Origin: Hyphochytrium catenoides
Taxonomy: Eukaryota > Protista > Hyphochytriomycota
Assembly: GCA_900088475.1 (NCBI GenBank)
Contig: FLMG01000460.1
Location: 1-64,000, forward strand
Length of the DNA: 64,000 nt
Direction of reading: 5' to 3'
In this document: positions 39,201 through 51,907 of the stretch, piece after piece
Numbering within the stretch: position 1 is the first letter of the stretch
Layout of the letters: every line of letters starts with the position of its first letter
Translations under genes and position numbers: made by a program
The notes under the pieces: generated by a model
The model's input: only the letters and a program-made list of their open reading frames with translations
The model's database searches: none
What the model was told of the DNA's origin: nothing

Positions 39201-40853
39201 CTTTGAGCTCTGCATGATCTTAGTGTCCACACCTACCAGAGAGGATTTGAGTACTCAATCTCTTAGGTGACCTCAAGGCTTAAGGGCCATCCGTAGCACT
39301 AGCACCTCTCTCATTGCCACCTTAACCCTGTGAGATGTGATAGATTGGACGCCTTCTCAACTGCTAAGCGGCAAGGGTCTCTCTTCCTCTTCGATCCATT
39401 TCTTATCTGCTCCTGTTTTCTTCCTTGGCTCACCTGTGTTCACCACGACTCCGTAGGCGTAGTCGACGTTCCTCAAGGTGGTTCCCCTTAGTAGCATGTT
39501 CTTGAGATCGATGTTGAAGCTTTCTCCCTTCTCGTCGATGTATCGGCCTCGAAAGCTGTTTGTGTCATGATTGGGAGCTTCACACTGAATTTCTCCTTTG
39601 ACACGCTCCACGTCCTCGTCCTTCATTACTGTTCCTAGCAGGCATTGCAGGCTCTCGCGAACTTTCAGATTTGTCTCTCCATCAAGACTCTTGGTCTCTA
39701 CAAAGCAAACCCCTTGGGGTGGGACGTCCTCCTTCTCCGCCACAGAGATTATCAAAAGATCAGCTGGGGCCGTGCATCGATTCTCAACCTGTAAGGTATG
39801 GGAGAGAGTGGTGAGAAAGCGGCTGAAGAAACAATTCTTCACCCACGAGATGTATAACCTTACCTTGACAATATCTCCAACGCATATCTCACGCCATTGG
39901 GTCTTAACAAACTGCCTTTGCTGGGGATCGAAGCGCAGCGTCTTGGCTGAGTTTGCCCTTTTGTCGGCCTTATGCCGCTTTCTATCCGCCATGGCCTCAA
40001 AGATCCCGTCGACAGCTATCACGAAGCCCAGAGCGAAATACGTGACGGGGACACCTCCGGTAATAGAGACAGCAGGGATCATCTGACCAATACCTACCAA
40101 GAGGAAGTAAAAGTTGGCCGTCTGTTTGAACTCCTTCAAGAGATGGAGCGGAAGAAAGTTCCACACGGTGTACTTTGACGTGATCACCGTATTTCCTGCG
40201 AATTTGAACTGCCCGTTCTTCTCTCTGTCATTGACGAAGAGTCGTCGAGGAAGAGGCTTAGGAGCTGACGACTCTTCTCGCTGATTTGTGGTAGGATACC
40301 ATGTGTCTTCGGAGTTGTTCTGGAGTACCTCACTCTTTGGGTCAAAGCTCGGGAAGACGATGCGGCTGATCTGAGCGGTAGAGGGTAGAGAGTCATCAGT
40401 GGAGAAGCATCTGGCTTAGGTGGCGTCGGCCATCTATCAGAGGGTTTAAGAGAGGAAGAAGATGATTGGGAAGAGATATTAGCGGCCCCAAGGAGGGCTC
40501 AATGAAAGAAGCGACCTCATCTTCCGAGCGTCTTCTGAGAAGAAAGATAAGGAGAGCCAGATGCCCTTTCTTACCCGCTTAATGGAGCTGTAGAGTGATT
40601 CTGAGGTAGTCTTTGGTACGCTGTCTCCGGCGACTGGTGCATCAACAAGAGCAACGCCTTCTGGCACCGTCTGAAAAGGTCTTCCTGCACAGGTGATAAA
40701 TTTCACATCTCTTGTGCTTTGCAACTGCTCCAGCAAGGCTGAGGGTTTGCGGCCTAGTTTCACGGCTTCTGCATCAGACACTCCTGTATCCACTGGACCA
40801 GCCTCCACATAGTCGCTCCCAGAAGGCGAAGCCAAGATTCGCCCGGAGTCCAT
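33205..40853 (-). CDS. P4-type ATPase (phospholipid flippase) with a C-terminal dysferlin (DysF) domain, multi-exon
   Basis: [98 protein letters not shown]. The frame continues into EVWENQR...DWEVD...DAEGWEY...RRRRWIR and stops at TAA 33207-33205. Confidence 0.95.
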
Positions 40854-42498
40854 TTACTTATACGCTTGGCACTGCAGCCTAAAGTTAGCCTATAGCCCTG
40901 ACTGCTGGTCAAGCACCAGACAGGTAACTGAGTAAACTTTCTTGCAGGTGATGATCGTAAGGTAGGGTGGCCCAGCTATGTACTTCTTCAGAAAGGCTGC
41001 TTAGTAAGTGTCGAGGAGGTTCCCTGCCAACCCGTTTCAGCCCCGACTGATGAATCGGAGTCTACTGTGGTGGCTCCTTCGCGTCAGTGGCGGCTGGCCC
41101 TGCCCTCCACCGCCCGAACGCTGGTTCCTTCTATACCTAGAAAGCCTCCAAGAAGCCCTTAAACCCGATCATAGAGAGCCAACTCTATCGCCCTCCGTCT
41201 TCATCATCCCAGACTCCCTGTCATCTGCCTGTACATCGCATCGCCTTGCGTCTCTCATCCTCCTCGCCACTTCCTCCGCCGTGCCTCCCGTGCCAACTAC
41301 TAGTGTGTACATCCTTACACAGCGAGAGAACACAGAAACAGCCTTTCTCTCTGAGAGAACTTGACTCATTATGCAGGATTCACATGTGCAAGTCCCCGAT
41401 AGTCAGGAAGAACTGTACAGCTATTTAGAACGATGATGCACAGAATCTTTTGGGCTGGCAGTTTACTGGCGGTCGTTGACTGTCTCGCCATTGTGGGTCC
41501 GAATCTTTGGGCCAGACCAGGTGCTCCTGACGTCCAAGATCCCAGGCCCTCACACGATAGATAGGACACAATGATGATTCAAGGTATTATTAGGGATGAA
41601 TACCTTCATCTACTCATGAAGGAGGATGGCCTGTCTATAGCCTGTGTAGAGTGATGGGGTCTGGGCATTATTCGAGGATGTATTGGGCTGGTAACCATCT
41701 AAAGAGGAGGATGCCCAGGTCTGCTCAGACGCACAGAAGAGAACTACGCCTTGTGGGACGCTGTCATCCCTAACTCTGTTCTCGCTACTAACTACCAGTG
41801 TGGACCAAGAGGATGTAGTGCCGAAAGCCCATAAGACCAGCTCTTGGCGCTGAAGAAGGCTGATGGGCAAGAAGAATAACATGCAAACGCCTTCTTCTCA
41901 ATGCCGCGGACAATAAGTAGTACGTGCGATGCAGCTGTACTCCTACATATGGTGCAATACTCTCGAGGGAGCCTGTAATTGCTATATCACCGCCACGCAG
42001 GTCTGATAGTACTACCGCTTTCCTTGTCCGTCTGTGGCGCTCTTCTTCTTCTCTGTTCCATTGTTTGAGAACCTAGAGCTCTGCTGACGACCACGAGGGA
42101 CCAGAAGCCAAGGAGTTGGAACAGGTCTATTATGCTGAGTAAATCTGAAGGAAGAGTTCGCCTCTCAATTGGCTAATGACCCTCCTTTGGCACTAAAACT
42201 CATAAGCATTATATGTTTCTCCCTTGGCAGTCTAGCTACTGAGTACGAATCGCCCTTTCCTAAGTAAGCAAGAGGAGTCAGCCAGTGCAATAAATGGCTG
42301 ATTAGAGGCTCCATAGTATCAGTCAAACAGCTTATCAGAGACCATTTGTCCATGAATCCGTCCTCTTAGAAGAGCTAGGCAGAAAGGGTATCTTTTAAGA
42401 GAACACCGCCACCACGAAGGTTTAGGTGGACGACAACAAATAAGGCACATCGTGATCTTCAGAGAAATATAGAGGCCGTACAAGTGGTCCCTCATTCA

Positions 42499-43766
42499 TC
42501 ATGCTGTGGGTACCACAGGCTCATCTGGGCGCTTCCTCCATACACCCTCAGGAGCAAGAATCGCACAGGCTAGCATCACGCGGTTAATGGAGCTGTGTTC
42601 ATCCCCGTTCTCTCTCTTCAGCATTCCTTGGACGCGCAGTGCTTGTGGAATCAGACCCTCTACCCTGCCTCTCATGTCTGGGAAGAATTTTGCTCCAAGC
42701 ATAGCACCATAAAGTCGGAAGGGCAGTGCGAAATGGGCTTCATTCAGCGCTTCTCTACTACGCTTGCGGAGCTTGGTCTCTCGTATACCCCCTGTCCACT
42801 GATCCATCCACGCATCTAACCCCCAGCCCAGAGGATCAGACGTCACTCGGGGAATGAAACTTTGGAGAGAGTTTGAGAGGGCATTGATCTCCCTCTCCAA
42901 AGATGGTTTACCTCCTGCGTGGTGGATCAGTTTGAACACAATAAGAGCACTTAGCGCATCGTCATTTGGAACAGCAAAGCGGCCATGTGGTGTATCGTCA
43001 ATGGGAGAGCAGTCGCTGTTGATTTTCCATCGAAAACCACCATGCTCTGGATCGTAAAAGTGAGGAAAGGTTGCCTTTGCTATTCTCGCGGCTTGATGAA
43101 GCCTTTTCTTGTCACCAGACACTTGTCCCAGTCGCAGCAGCGCAAACAGCCATTTGTCAATGTAGTGCCAGTACATCCCATCATAGCGCATTCCCAAGTC
43201 CGTCGTCTGTCGCGCTTTCTTCTTTCCGATACGAAGTCCCACGAAACCTGTAACATCGTACTCAGAGGAGGGGCTTGGCAACATGGGATATTGTTCTGAT
43301 CGTGGACGCCCTAAGCCGATATGAACCGCGTCGACCAATCGATCGGCAGCGGCAAGATACTGGTCCCTCTCGGGTTGCACCATTGCCAACGTTGTGTAGG
43401 CCATTACGGCGAAAGCATCTGTCCACAAGTATCGCCTATCACCATTAGAGCAATCACCTGCTTCCTCTTCAGGGAGCGGCTGAGGGAATCTACAACTACC
43501 TCCATCATCATCCTTGAAAGGACCATAAACGTCCTGAAGTAGACCTTCGGCCACAGCAGCATCCGCCATTGGCATTCCAGTCGTCATGAAGGACTTCACC
43601 TTCTGTCGTACGTCTCTTACTCCAGCAGCGCACCTGTCATAGACGAGGAGTAGCTCTCAAACCACCGATCTTGGTGCTATCGTCGAATACCTTTAAAGGG
43701 TCAAACCGACGAGAGAGGATACCTGTAGTGGCGCACTACTAGCCAGCACCGGCGGAGTTTGACCAT
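42499..43766 (-). CDS. Uncharacterised conserved protein (RRYLWTDAF family), probable alpha-helical toroid fold; likely short 5' exon plus one intron
   Basis: Single long exon with RRYLWTDAFAV, GLRIGKK, DGMYWHYIDKWLFAL, WKIN, LPFRLYG and HSSINRVM. The upstream exon MVKLRRCWLVVRHYR joins in phase via GTATCC...TATGACAG. Confidence 0.75.
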
Positions 43767-44975
43767 TTCTGTGACAGATGAGGAGGCTCCTGGTTACCGC
43801 TACAAAGCTCCCTGAGCTAAGAGATCCATTAAGGGGAACAGAAAGCAGCAATAAGGATGAAGAAATCTTAGGATCGTTGTTCCACTGCCAGCAAAAGATC
43901 TAAGGAACCAACCGATAAAGATCTGAAGATCTGGCAGAAGAAGAAATTTCTTCATGCGCAAGCACTGTACTTATGTAAGTAGCCTAAGTACTGAGGACTT
44001 ACCATTAAGGTGCGCTTCCCAGTAACTGTTGTGGTTTGGCAACTGTATTGCAAGTACTTTGAACAGTATCGTCTGCTCTTGCGGAATTACTACTTATAGA
44101 ACCCAGTTCTGGGCTGTCAGGCTTCTTTTGTCAAACCCAAAAGCTGCACCAGGAAGGGAAGGTTTTTAGAGCATTGCAAGCATACGAAGCCCAACCGTTC
44201 AACTTAGATTGCCACTGGCGGCGGCTGGAACCGGCTGATGCCCTTCTGCGGTTAGCTCTGAGATCGTGTGCTCGTGACGACGTTGGAATTTGCGGAAGAC
44301 CCATGACAGGACTGGTATGTAGGATGGTGAACCAACAGCAAACAGGTTGATGGGGTTAATAAGGGCCTTTGGTACTACTGTGCCTGTTCAGCATATCTTG
44401 GTGATTCTTTAGATCACTGGGGAACAATGGTCCTCCGCAGGGCCTGTCAACTGCCTGGTGTCGCAGTAACAGATTGCTCAGAATCGTTCAAAGATGGCTT
44501 CGGGTTTACTAAGATGGCTCTTCAGATACCGGACAATTGCTGGTGCTTGGCAGGGTGATGGGGATGGACCACAGCAATGATGACAGCTAGCCAGGGAGGA
44601 TGGTCAGTTACAGCGCACAACTAAAGGTACAGGACCTCCTTTCCGAGGAGCCTTGCGACCCTATAAGGCCCTAGAAGCTATTATGCTTGTGACCGGCTTT
44701 TTACTTAGCGTCATCTCCGTTTGACAAGAAGTGATACATTGATCTTCCTTTTGAAGCAAATCTCAACTTCTCTCTAGTTTCTTCCCTCTTCTGCAAACAA
44801 AGTGGTCATTCATTAGACCTCCCTGTAGAACCTGGAGCACGACAGCCTTTGAACCTCCAAATAAGCGTTAGTCGGCTGCAATCCTGCTACTTGGCTCTCA
44901 CCAACTGATGTGGTCTCCTCGACACCAATCTACTTAGATCATCCTTCTATAGACTACTATCCCCGAATTTCTACA

Positions 44976-47779
44976 CTAGTTGTCCGTCATACTATCTCCG
45001 TCTTGGTCCTTATCTGCTGCGTCCTGAATTGCAGCGAGTAGAGCTCCTACCCCTGAAGTTGGTTAAAAGGTATTAGCGTAGACCTTACCCCTGAAGCGAT
45101 TACTGTGCTTACCATCTCCTCGAGCTAAGTGGGCCGACCCAGCAGCGGGATTGAGGTTGAAGTTGGCCATAATTGCATTGATGTTACCTACACATGGAGA
45201 AGGAAAGACTCGTAAAAAATAAAGCGACCAACTTAAGGTTGCAGGAGTCTGTACGAGTGCTTCTTGAAAGGATAAAACGACACGAGCTAAGGGTCAAAAT
45301 AGCAGGAGAGGAAAAGAGATCTCGGACATACCACTCTGACAGGCAGACGCGAGGGAGTGGACGCTCTGTCGAAATTGAGGGCTCCTCACTATTTGTATGA
45401 GCTCGTAAGGTGTTTGTTGCTCAGAAGGGAGAAGAGGGAGGAGTGCTCTTTGCGCACTCTCGTCTTGCAGTAGCGGAGCGACCTGTAGGGTAATTGTGTA
45501 AGAGAGATGCAGGCAAAGAGAGCATAATGTGGCGCTCAAAGCTGGTTGCAATAGGAAGGGGGTAGTGTGGAAACATGACAATCCGTGACTGACGTTATCA
45601 GCGTTGAGGACACCCATAAGAGAGGTAGGACGGGTCTGGAACGCTTGAGGAGCCTGTGATTGAGAATAAGGGTGGTTAGCAGGCTAGGATTGCAAGTATC
45701 AGTAAATTGGAGACTCAGAATTCACGTAACTCCGAACCCTACCTTTCTAGGGATGAAAGAGGAGTTATTTAGCCGAGTGCGGTGAACTTGGAACGAAGTT
45801 TAATGCAAGAGGGCATCTTACCATTTGCTGAAGACTCATCATGGCTTGGCGAAAGTCTTCGGTAGTCAGAGTTCGCGATTGAGATGATGCGGCCGTGGTG
45901 GGTTGGCTAGTCACCTGGCCTCGGCGAGTAGGCGATGGGGGGGATTGTCCTGCAGGCCATGAATTTTGAAAGGATAGTGCGAGAAGAGGGACAGAGAGGT
46001 ACAAGAAATCCAACACGTGAGCATGCTTGTGTAGGAGATGTCTGCAAGCGAGAGAGAGGAGGCTAATCTAAAAAGAGGTCGATCGCGGCGCTGCATGGAG
46101 CTTGAGGGATGCTAAACCACGCTTCAGGGATGGGAGTCTCTCCCAGCGACACTGCAGTTGGGCGGTAGGTGGGCCAAGTGGCTTTATTGAATGTATACGA
46201 GACTGAGAGCCTAATAATGGGTATTTGCCGCCTTAGCCAGGGTAACACTATTACAAGCAGTAAGTCAAAAAGTACCGTCAGCAGCCTGCTCTCACTCTTC
46301 TTAGGCATCGGTATCCATGTTGTCGCCTCCGGTATTATTGCGCCCTGAGCCTGAGGGGTTCTGCCTGTTTCTAGGTGAGCTTGATGACCCCCTCCCTTGA
46401 TCCTCTGAAGGGCTTGCATCCCTCAAGCTCTCCTGGAGAGCGAGTTGCAGCATCGTCTCCTCATCATAGTTATCGGCTGCGTCCGTGGAAGAAGATGAAG
46501 TAGGGGCAACCCTCCCTCCGGGAGTTGGGGATGTACCTTGGCTTGGTGCGGGTGCTGTTGCCGCCCCTGTGCTGGTGCTAGCCTGTGAAGGTTGTGATGT
46601 GCCTGCAGGTGCACCCCTGGCCTGCGCATTGGTCCCTGCTGCTCCAGCTGCCAGGAAGAAGAAGAGCGAAGGATAACGTTCAATTCGAGAGTAACCTCGC
46701 AGCCCATTATGACAAAGAACTACCTGCATTGGCTGGCATGCCCAAGTTTTGCAAAATGCTCTGTAAGTCCGCAATTTGAACAGAGCCGGGAGTATTCCCG
46801 CCTCCTTCCCGATTCTGAGGTTGTCTGCCAAACGCCCTACAAAGACTAGTAAGTAAGGGTACTGGTGTACAAGGGACAATGGCTCTCATCGCGTCACATT
46901 CTTCTGGACTCCACGCTCGTCAGTCTTCCTCACATCAGCATAAACTCACCCTAGCATCTGCATGAGGGCATTTTGATCAAACTGGGCGGGATTTCCGGTA
47001 CCTGCCGCAGCTGCATTTGAGTTGATCGACTCCTGCACCTTTCTGACATTCTCATCGTCTTTGTCGGTGCCTTTATCCTGTCAAATTCTGCGTTAGTGCA
47101 TCGAACATTGCAAAGGTGACGTTTGAAGGAGTCTACGCAGCGTCGAAGACCCATAATCTAGTTGCTGTTCTTTCACCTGGGGTGCAGCCCGCTACCTATC
47201 CCGGATGAAACACTACGCCTGCCTCCTTTCTTATCGCCTAATCTACGTCAGCACCTGAAGCCAGAACAGCAGCCGCCTTGATGAATTGCGATACTGAAGG
47301 GCATACACCCTATCGGTATCACGTCCAGTATTCACCCTTTTAAAGTCTGCTTCATCCGGAAAGATAATTAGGTCCTATGAGCCGTGAGTCAGTCATCGAT
47401 GTATTTACTTTGCTTGGAAGTCGCAGATGTAAGACTACTTACATCTTCCACGTTCCCTGACGTTCTATCTTTCCATTGGAAGTGTATAAGCTGATCATCT
47501 CCCTAAGACAGCCTCGTCATCAGGTGGCTATTTCGTGTCACGGCTGCAAGCAAATCTTACCCTAGTCACTATAAGTTGTCCTTTCTTTGACTCTGGTGTC
47601 ACCCTCAATTTAGCTGAGCCAGTTATCGGTTCTGTACTCAGCTTTCCAGCCTTGAAGGCTACTATGGGGGGCTGTATTGATGCAGGTCTAACGTTAGTAT
47701 GTGGACAATGAGAAGATCACGCGCCAGAATGGCGTACCCTCGAAGAGCCTCCACTCCCGTACTGCTGGAAGAGTGACAT
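44976..47779 (-). CDS. RPN13: Proteasomal ubiquitin receptor Rpn13/ADRM1 (Pru domain, linker with UIM, UCH37-binding domain), multi-exon
   Basis: AFKAGK...VTPESKKG...LIHFQWKDR..VEDDLIIFPDEA...RVYALQY...LLFWLQ, and C-terminal LLPLLP...VRSPQFRQSVHSLASA. Canonical introns, one with a TACTAAC branch point. Confidence 0.95.
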
Positions 47780-50351
47780 TTGCGCAACCCGAAATCAGGA
47801 GAAGAGTTCTTCAAGATGTATATGGCTCTACAAGTCAACAGCGCCTCACTAACAGGAGCAGTTCTGTACTCTCGTGATTTCCAGTGTGCTTCTTACCCGG
47901 CCGTTGCGCTCAAATCTCGTCTGCATTCTGCAGATCTCCGTGTTCCCTTCCTCCGTTTCGCCAGACTATGGCCGAAAGGTAAGCTCTTGGATCTCTTCTG
48001 CAAAATTGACGGAGTTCTGCAAAGATCCACACATATTCCCGATAATACTCAAAGAATTTGGAACAACCCAGTTGAGTAATACTCGAAAGGGACTCGGGCT
48101 TCTGAACCCGAGTACAATAACCCGAGCCGCTGGCAACAATCGGTTATCAGAGTGTCAGCTGTCAGCTCAAGTAGAGAGTAACGGATCATCATTGATCATT
48201 GTCATCGCCATCGTCGTTGTCATTGGCCTCACAAGGATGATGATGTTGGCCTTCTCGTGTCACAGCTGAGTGAAGTTAGCATAGTAGCTTTGGATGGTCG
48301 GTCCCAGTGTCTTTGATGGGCAGCACTATGTAGATATGGCAGAAAGAGTCCACAGAGCTCCCATAAGCTCTTGGTAGTATTTCCAGGCACTGCTTGACAT
48401 AGGTTAGTATCCGCAGTTGGAGATCATTGCATTTGAGGAGAAGGATTTTGTTATCTTCCTCCTCGCTCTGTAAGACTACTACTATGACTTAGAGTCCTCT
48501 TTAGGCCCTCAGAGCTCAGCTCCCAGTGCCACTGCTACTGGTACTTTATGAGCACTACTAGGCCCTTCCACTGCGGGTTCCTTCTAAGTCTTACTCACTG
48601 CTTTAACTTGTTGGTCAACCAGTCAGCCGTCCTCCATTCTCCACCATTTGTCTTTCAGGCTTGGGGCCAGGGTCAGGACAACTACAGCATCAGTCAGAGA
48701 GCTACACATGACGGCCTGATGATGAAGAGGCAGCAGCAGCAATGATGGTAATAATGTTTAAACAACCCACGCCCGCCTGTCGCCTAGATTCCTCGCTCCA
48801 GTGTCAAAGCAGCAGGACTTTTCCCCTCACATCAACCAAGATGATGGGAGGCGGCTACATCCTGCCAGTGGTTCATTAATGCTTAATAAAGATGATGCGG
48901 TTGGCAGCTATTATGACGATGCTTGGTCATCTGCTGCATATTGCACCTCCTGCCCGTATTATTAACCCCAATGGGAGCACTCATCCGGTGCTCTGGCTTT
49001 AGCAATACTAAGTCCTCTGCAGAACGACGAGATCAGTGCTGTAAATGAGAGCGCTGTGATAGCAAACCCGCTCCAAGAGGAACTTTATTTGCATGCTGAG
49101 CCTTTGTTGCTGTTGTACTTCCTAGTATAACAATGGATCGTAAGCTCGGCGCCCGACGAGGCCAGATCTTCTACGGTTGACTCTTCTTATCCCCATCCTG
49201 CCGTCCTTAAGAGGGACAAGTCCTCTATGGCTCCTGCCCCAACCGTCCCTTCAGCTCCTCACTGAACCGTCCTAACTCTAAGAAACTTCTTCGTCCCCTT
49301 TCATATCTATAGTAGTTCGACCGCTTATTAACAACCCCATCAAAGCAGCCTTTGAACACCAAGGAGGGTTACGACAGAGGATAAGACATGCTAAAAATCC
49401 TGCAACACCTTTCCTCCTCCTCCTTCCATGCTAAACGTCATACGTCCAGCCAGAGTCAGCTGATAACGTAGTAGTGATGCTGTCCTTACAGCGCATAGGC
49501 CCTAAAAACTATTGAAAAGAGAGATTGATCTTGGCTGGACTCTTCTATTGGTGAGTGTCTGAGGACTATTGCAGAGCTTAACAGTCTGCAAAAAAGAACA
49601 GTGTAAGACGACCAGAGAAGCAAACGAAACGGTGATGGCAAATCATATCGGTGATGAGACAGAGGAGAGATGATGAGAAGAGCGTCGTACTAGAGCCGGA
49701 TATAGAGATCAGGCGGAACCAACAAGTGAGAGTGGAATCACACCATGGAAAGAGGCTTCTGGCAAGGCTGGACGCTGGTCATTGCTGCCTGCCTACTAAT
49801 GATCTGTTTTTGCCATGGTTCCACGATACTACTCCCAGTCCGGCCGCGACCACCTTGCAGAGACTTCTCATTCATTTGACGATGTCCCCCCCGTGGACTT
49901 ATTTTGAGGTCAAACTCACTGGGAATGCATCATCAGCACTTTCGACCTCGTCCTCTTTGCCCATCTGTAAGGCCTACCAGTCGATAGCCCAAAATAAATT
50001 CCATAATGTAAGAGACTAAGAACGGGTCTCGAAGGAGGGTGAGAAACCGGTTAGTCTGTACCTTCTCCTTCAGAGAGAAGCTAACTAACTGCCATACAGG
50101 GGTGAGGAAAGAGTCTTCCTCACGAGAGAGTCAGTCGACTTGAGAATGCAAAGATAGAGGGAGTGAGTGAGCTGCAAGAGATGTTGGGTCAACAGGCTAT
50201 GCTAAGAACATGCAAAGAGGAAGAGAGGCAGAAAGAGATGGAAGAAAGAGAGCACCGTCGTCGCCAGAGCCATTCGTTGGCTCTTTGAGTCAGGACTACC
50301 CGTCCTGAGAATATTCTAAGAGAGGAGAGGCCGCATCCTCATTCGGCGGAT

Positions 50352-50765
50352 CGGGTGGTTGGTCAATAGTTAAGGAAGTGGACACATAAAACCCTTCTCC
50401 TTTGAAAGTCTTGGCTAGGGAAGTAGCATAACCAGCGTTGGGACTGTCTCAAAAAATCTTCGTTTGGTGCCGCGTTTAGCTCTCGTTGACCGTGACTTAG
50501 TAGTGGAAAGGCTCGATCTAATGGAGTCTTCTTGCATTCCTGAACACAGATGTGGGGAACTCACTGACAGACGCCTTTACCGCCAACTAAAGACCAACAC
50601 ATCTACTACTACTCAGCTTGCGTCGACGGTCAACGAGAGCTAAACGCGGCAGCAAACGAAGACTTTAGACAGCCAACGCTGGTTGTGCTTCTTCTTCCCT
50701 AGCCAAGATTTTGGAAGAGGAAGGGTGTTATATGTGCACTTCCTCAGCTACTGACTAACCACCCG
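50352..50765. ncRNA. Long imperfect inverted repeat (candidate hairpin RNA / miRNA-like precursor)
   Basis: Arms 50352-50496 and 50622-50765 are reverse complements with scattered mismatches; perfect 26-bp core at 50468-50493 / 50626-50651. The inverted repeat is certain; the RNA function is inferred. Confidence 0.5.
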
Positions 50766-51907
50766 CAACCACCTGACGAGGAGAGGAAGTTCGAGTCTCC
50801 TGGGCCAACAATTGCTATCAGCGTAGCGCTTACTACGAAGGAGACTGCTCTCACTTCTAGTAGTTCTATCCCTTCTCTCCCTCTTTCGCCTGAGATTACT
50901 TTCCTTCTGCTAGCAATGCTATTAAGTCAATGGAGTTCACCCTAAGCGAAGACTTAGGTAAAGCTGACTCACTCTTTCTCAATACTACAGATTCTCACAA
51001 GAAACTCCAAGCAAAAGGCAAACCTCATCCTCAGCAGCAAGGAGGGAAGGCAGCTAGCGGCGTGAAGGGGCGACGGAGGACGGGAGCTGGTCTATCACCA
51101 TCAAGTAGCGGACCAAACGGTCAATAAGTAATGGGAGAAGATGGGTCCAAGTCTACCCTCCTTGACGTCGCACGCTCAACTCCCTCCGTCCTACAGGTCA
51201 CTGGCACTTCATGGAGCAGAGTGACGAAGGAGATAACCAACAACAACAGCAGCACGAGATAGCACCAACAACAAAGAGTGGGCGGGCTAGAGAGGGCCGA
51301 AGGAAATGGCTTCTGCACATGACCAACAACAGTTACTCTTGTGTCGTGTGTCCACTCCTCTCATCATTTCAACAGCCGCAGACAACAAGCAGCAACCAAC
51401 ACGCCCCGTTTAATTGCTCTACCTACTGCAGCAATATCCATCAACACCACCACCTCTGCTGTCGTCGCTGACCTTCGCCTTCGTCTTCTCCCTTTCATGC
51501 ACCTCTGCACGCACCAGCCTTTGCCTATGATGGCGCCATAACTCCTCTTCAACATACCTCCTCCTGACTGCCAAACCCTCGCGCACTCAACATTCTTCCT
51601 TCTCCGTCCCCCTCCTGTTCCCCTTTCTTACTGTCCCAACTCACTAACCTCATAGATAAAAAATAACTTGAAAAGTACAGTAGTAATAAGACAGAGCGTC
51701 AGAAGCCCTTGTCATGCATCGGCTTCTGATGATGAAGATCTCCTTAGCAAAAATGGCCAGGAAAAAGGTGAAGAAGCTTCTTGTTTCCTAGCTATTTCTG
51801 TTCTTATCGCTTGACCGTACTACTTGAGAAGCCCTCCGCCATGTTGCTGCCAGAGGGAGACAGGAGCGGATCATCAATAGAGTTATTAGTCGTCATCATC
51901 ATTCATC

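Noticed and set aside
40990-42070. Possible small spliced gene, briefly considered as selenoprotein K-like (PAWR, FFLT, Gly-rich pieces)
   Set aside because: No consistent spliced frame, terminal UG motif or SECIS could be built; left unannotated.
50780-50810. GTTCGAGTC, a T-loop/B-box-like motif
   Set aside because: No cloverleaf or A-box upstream; not a tRNA.
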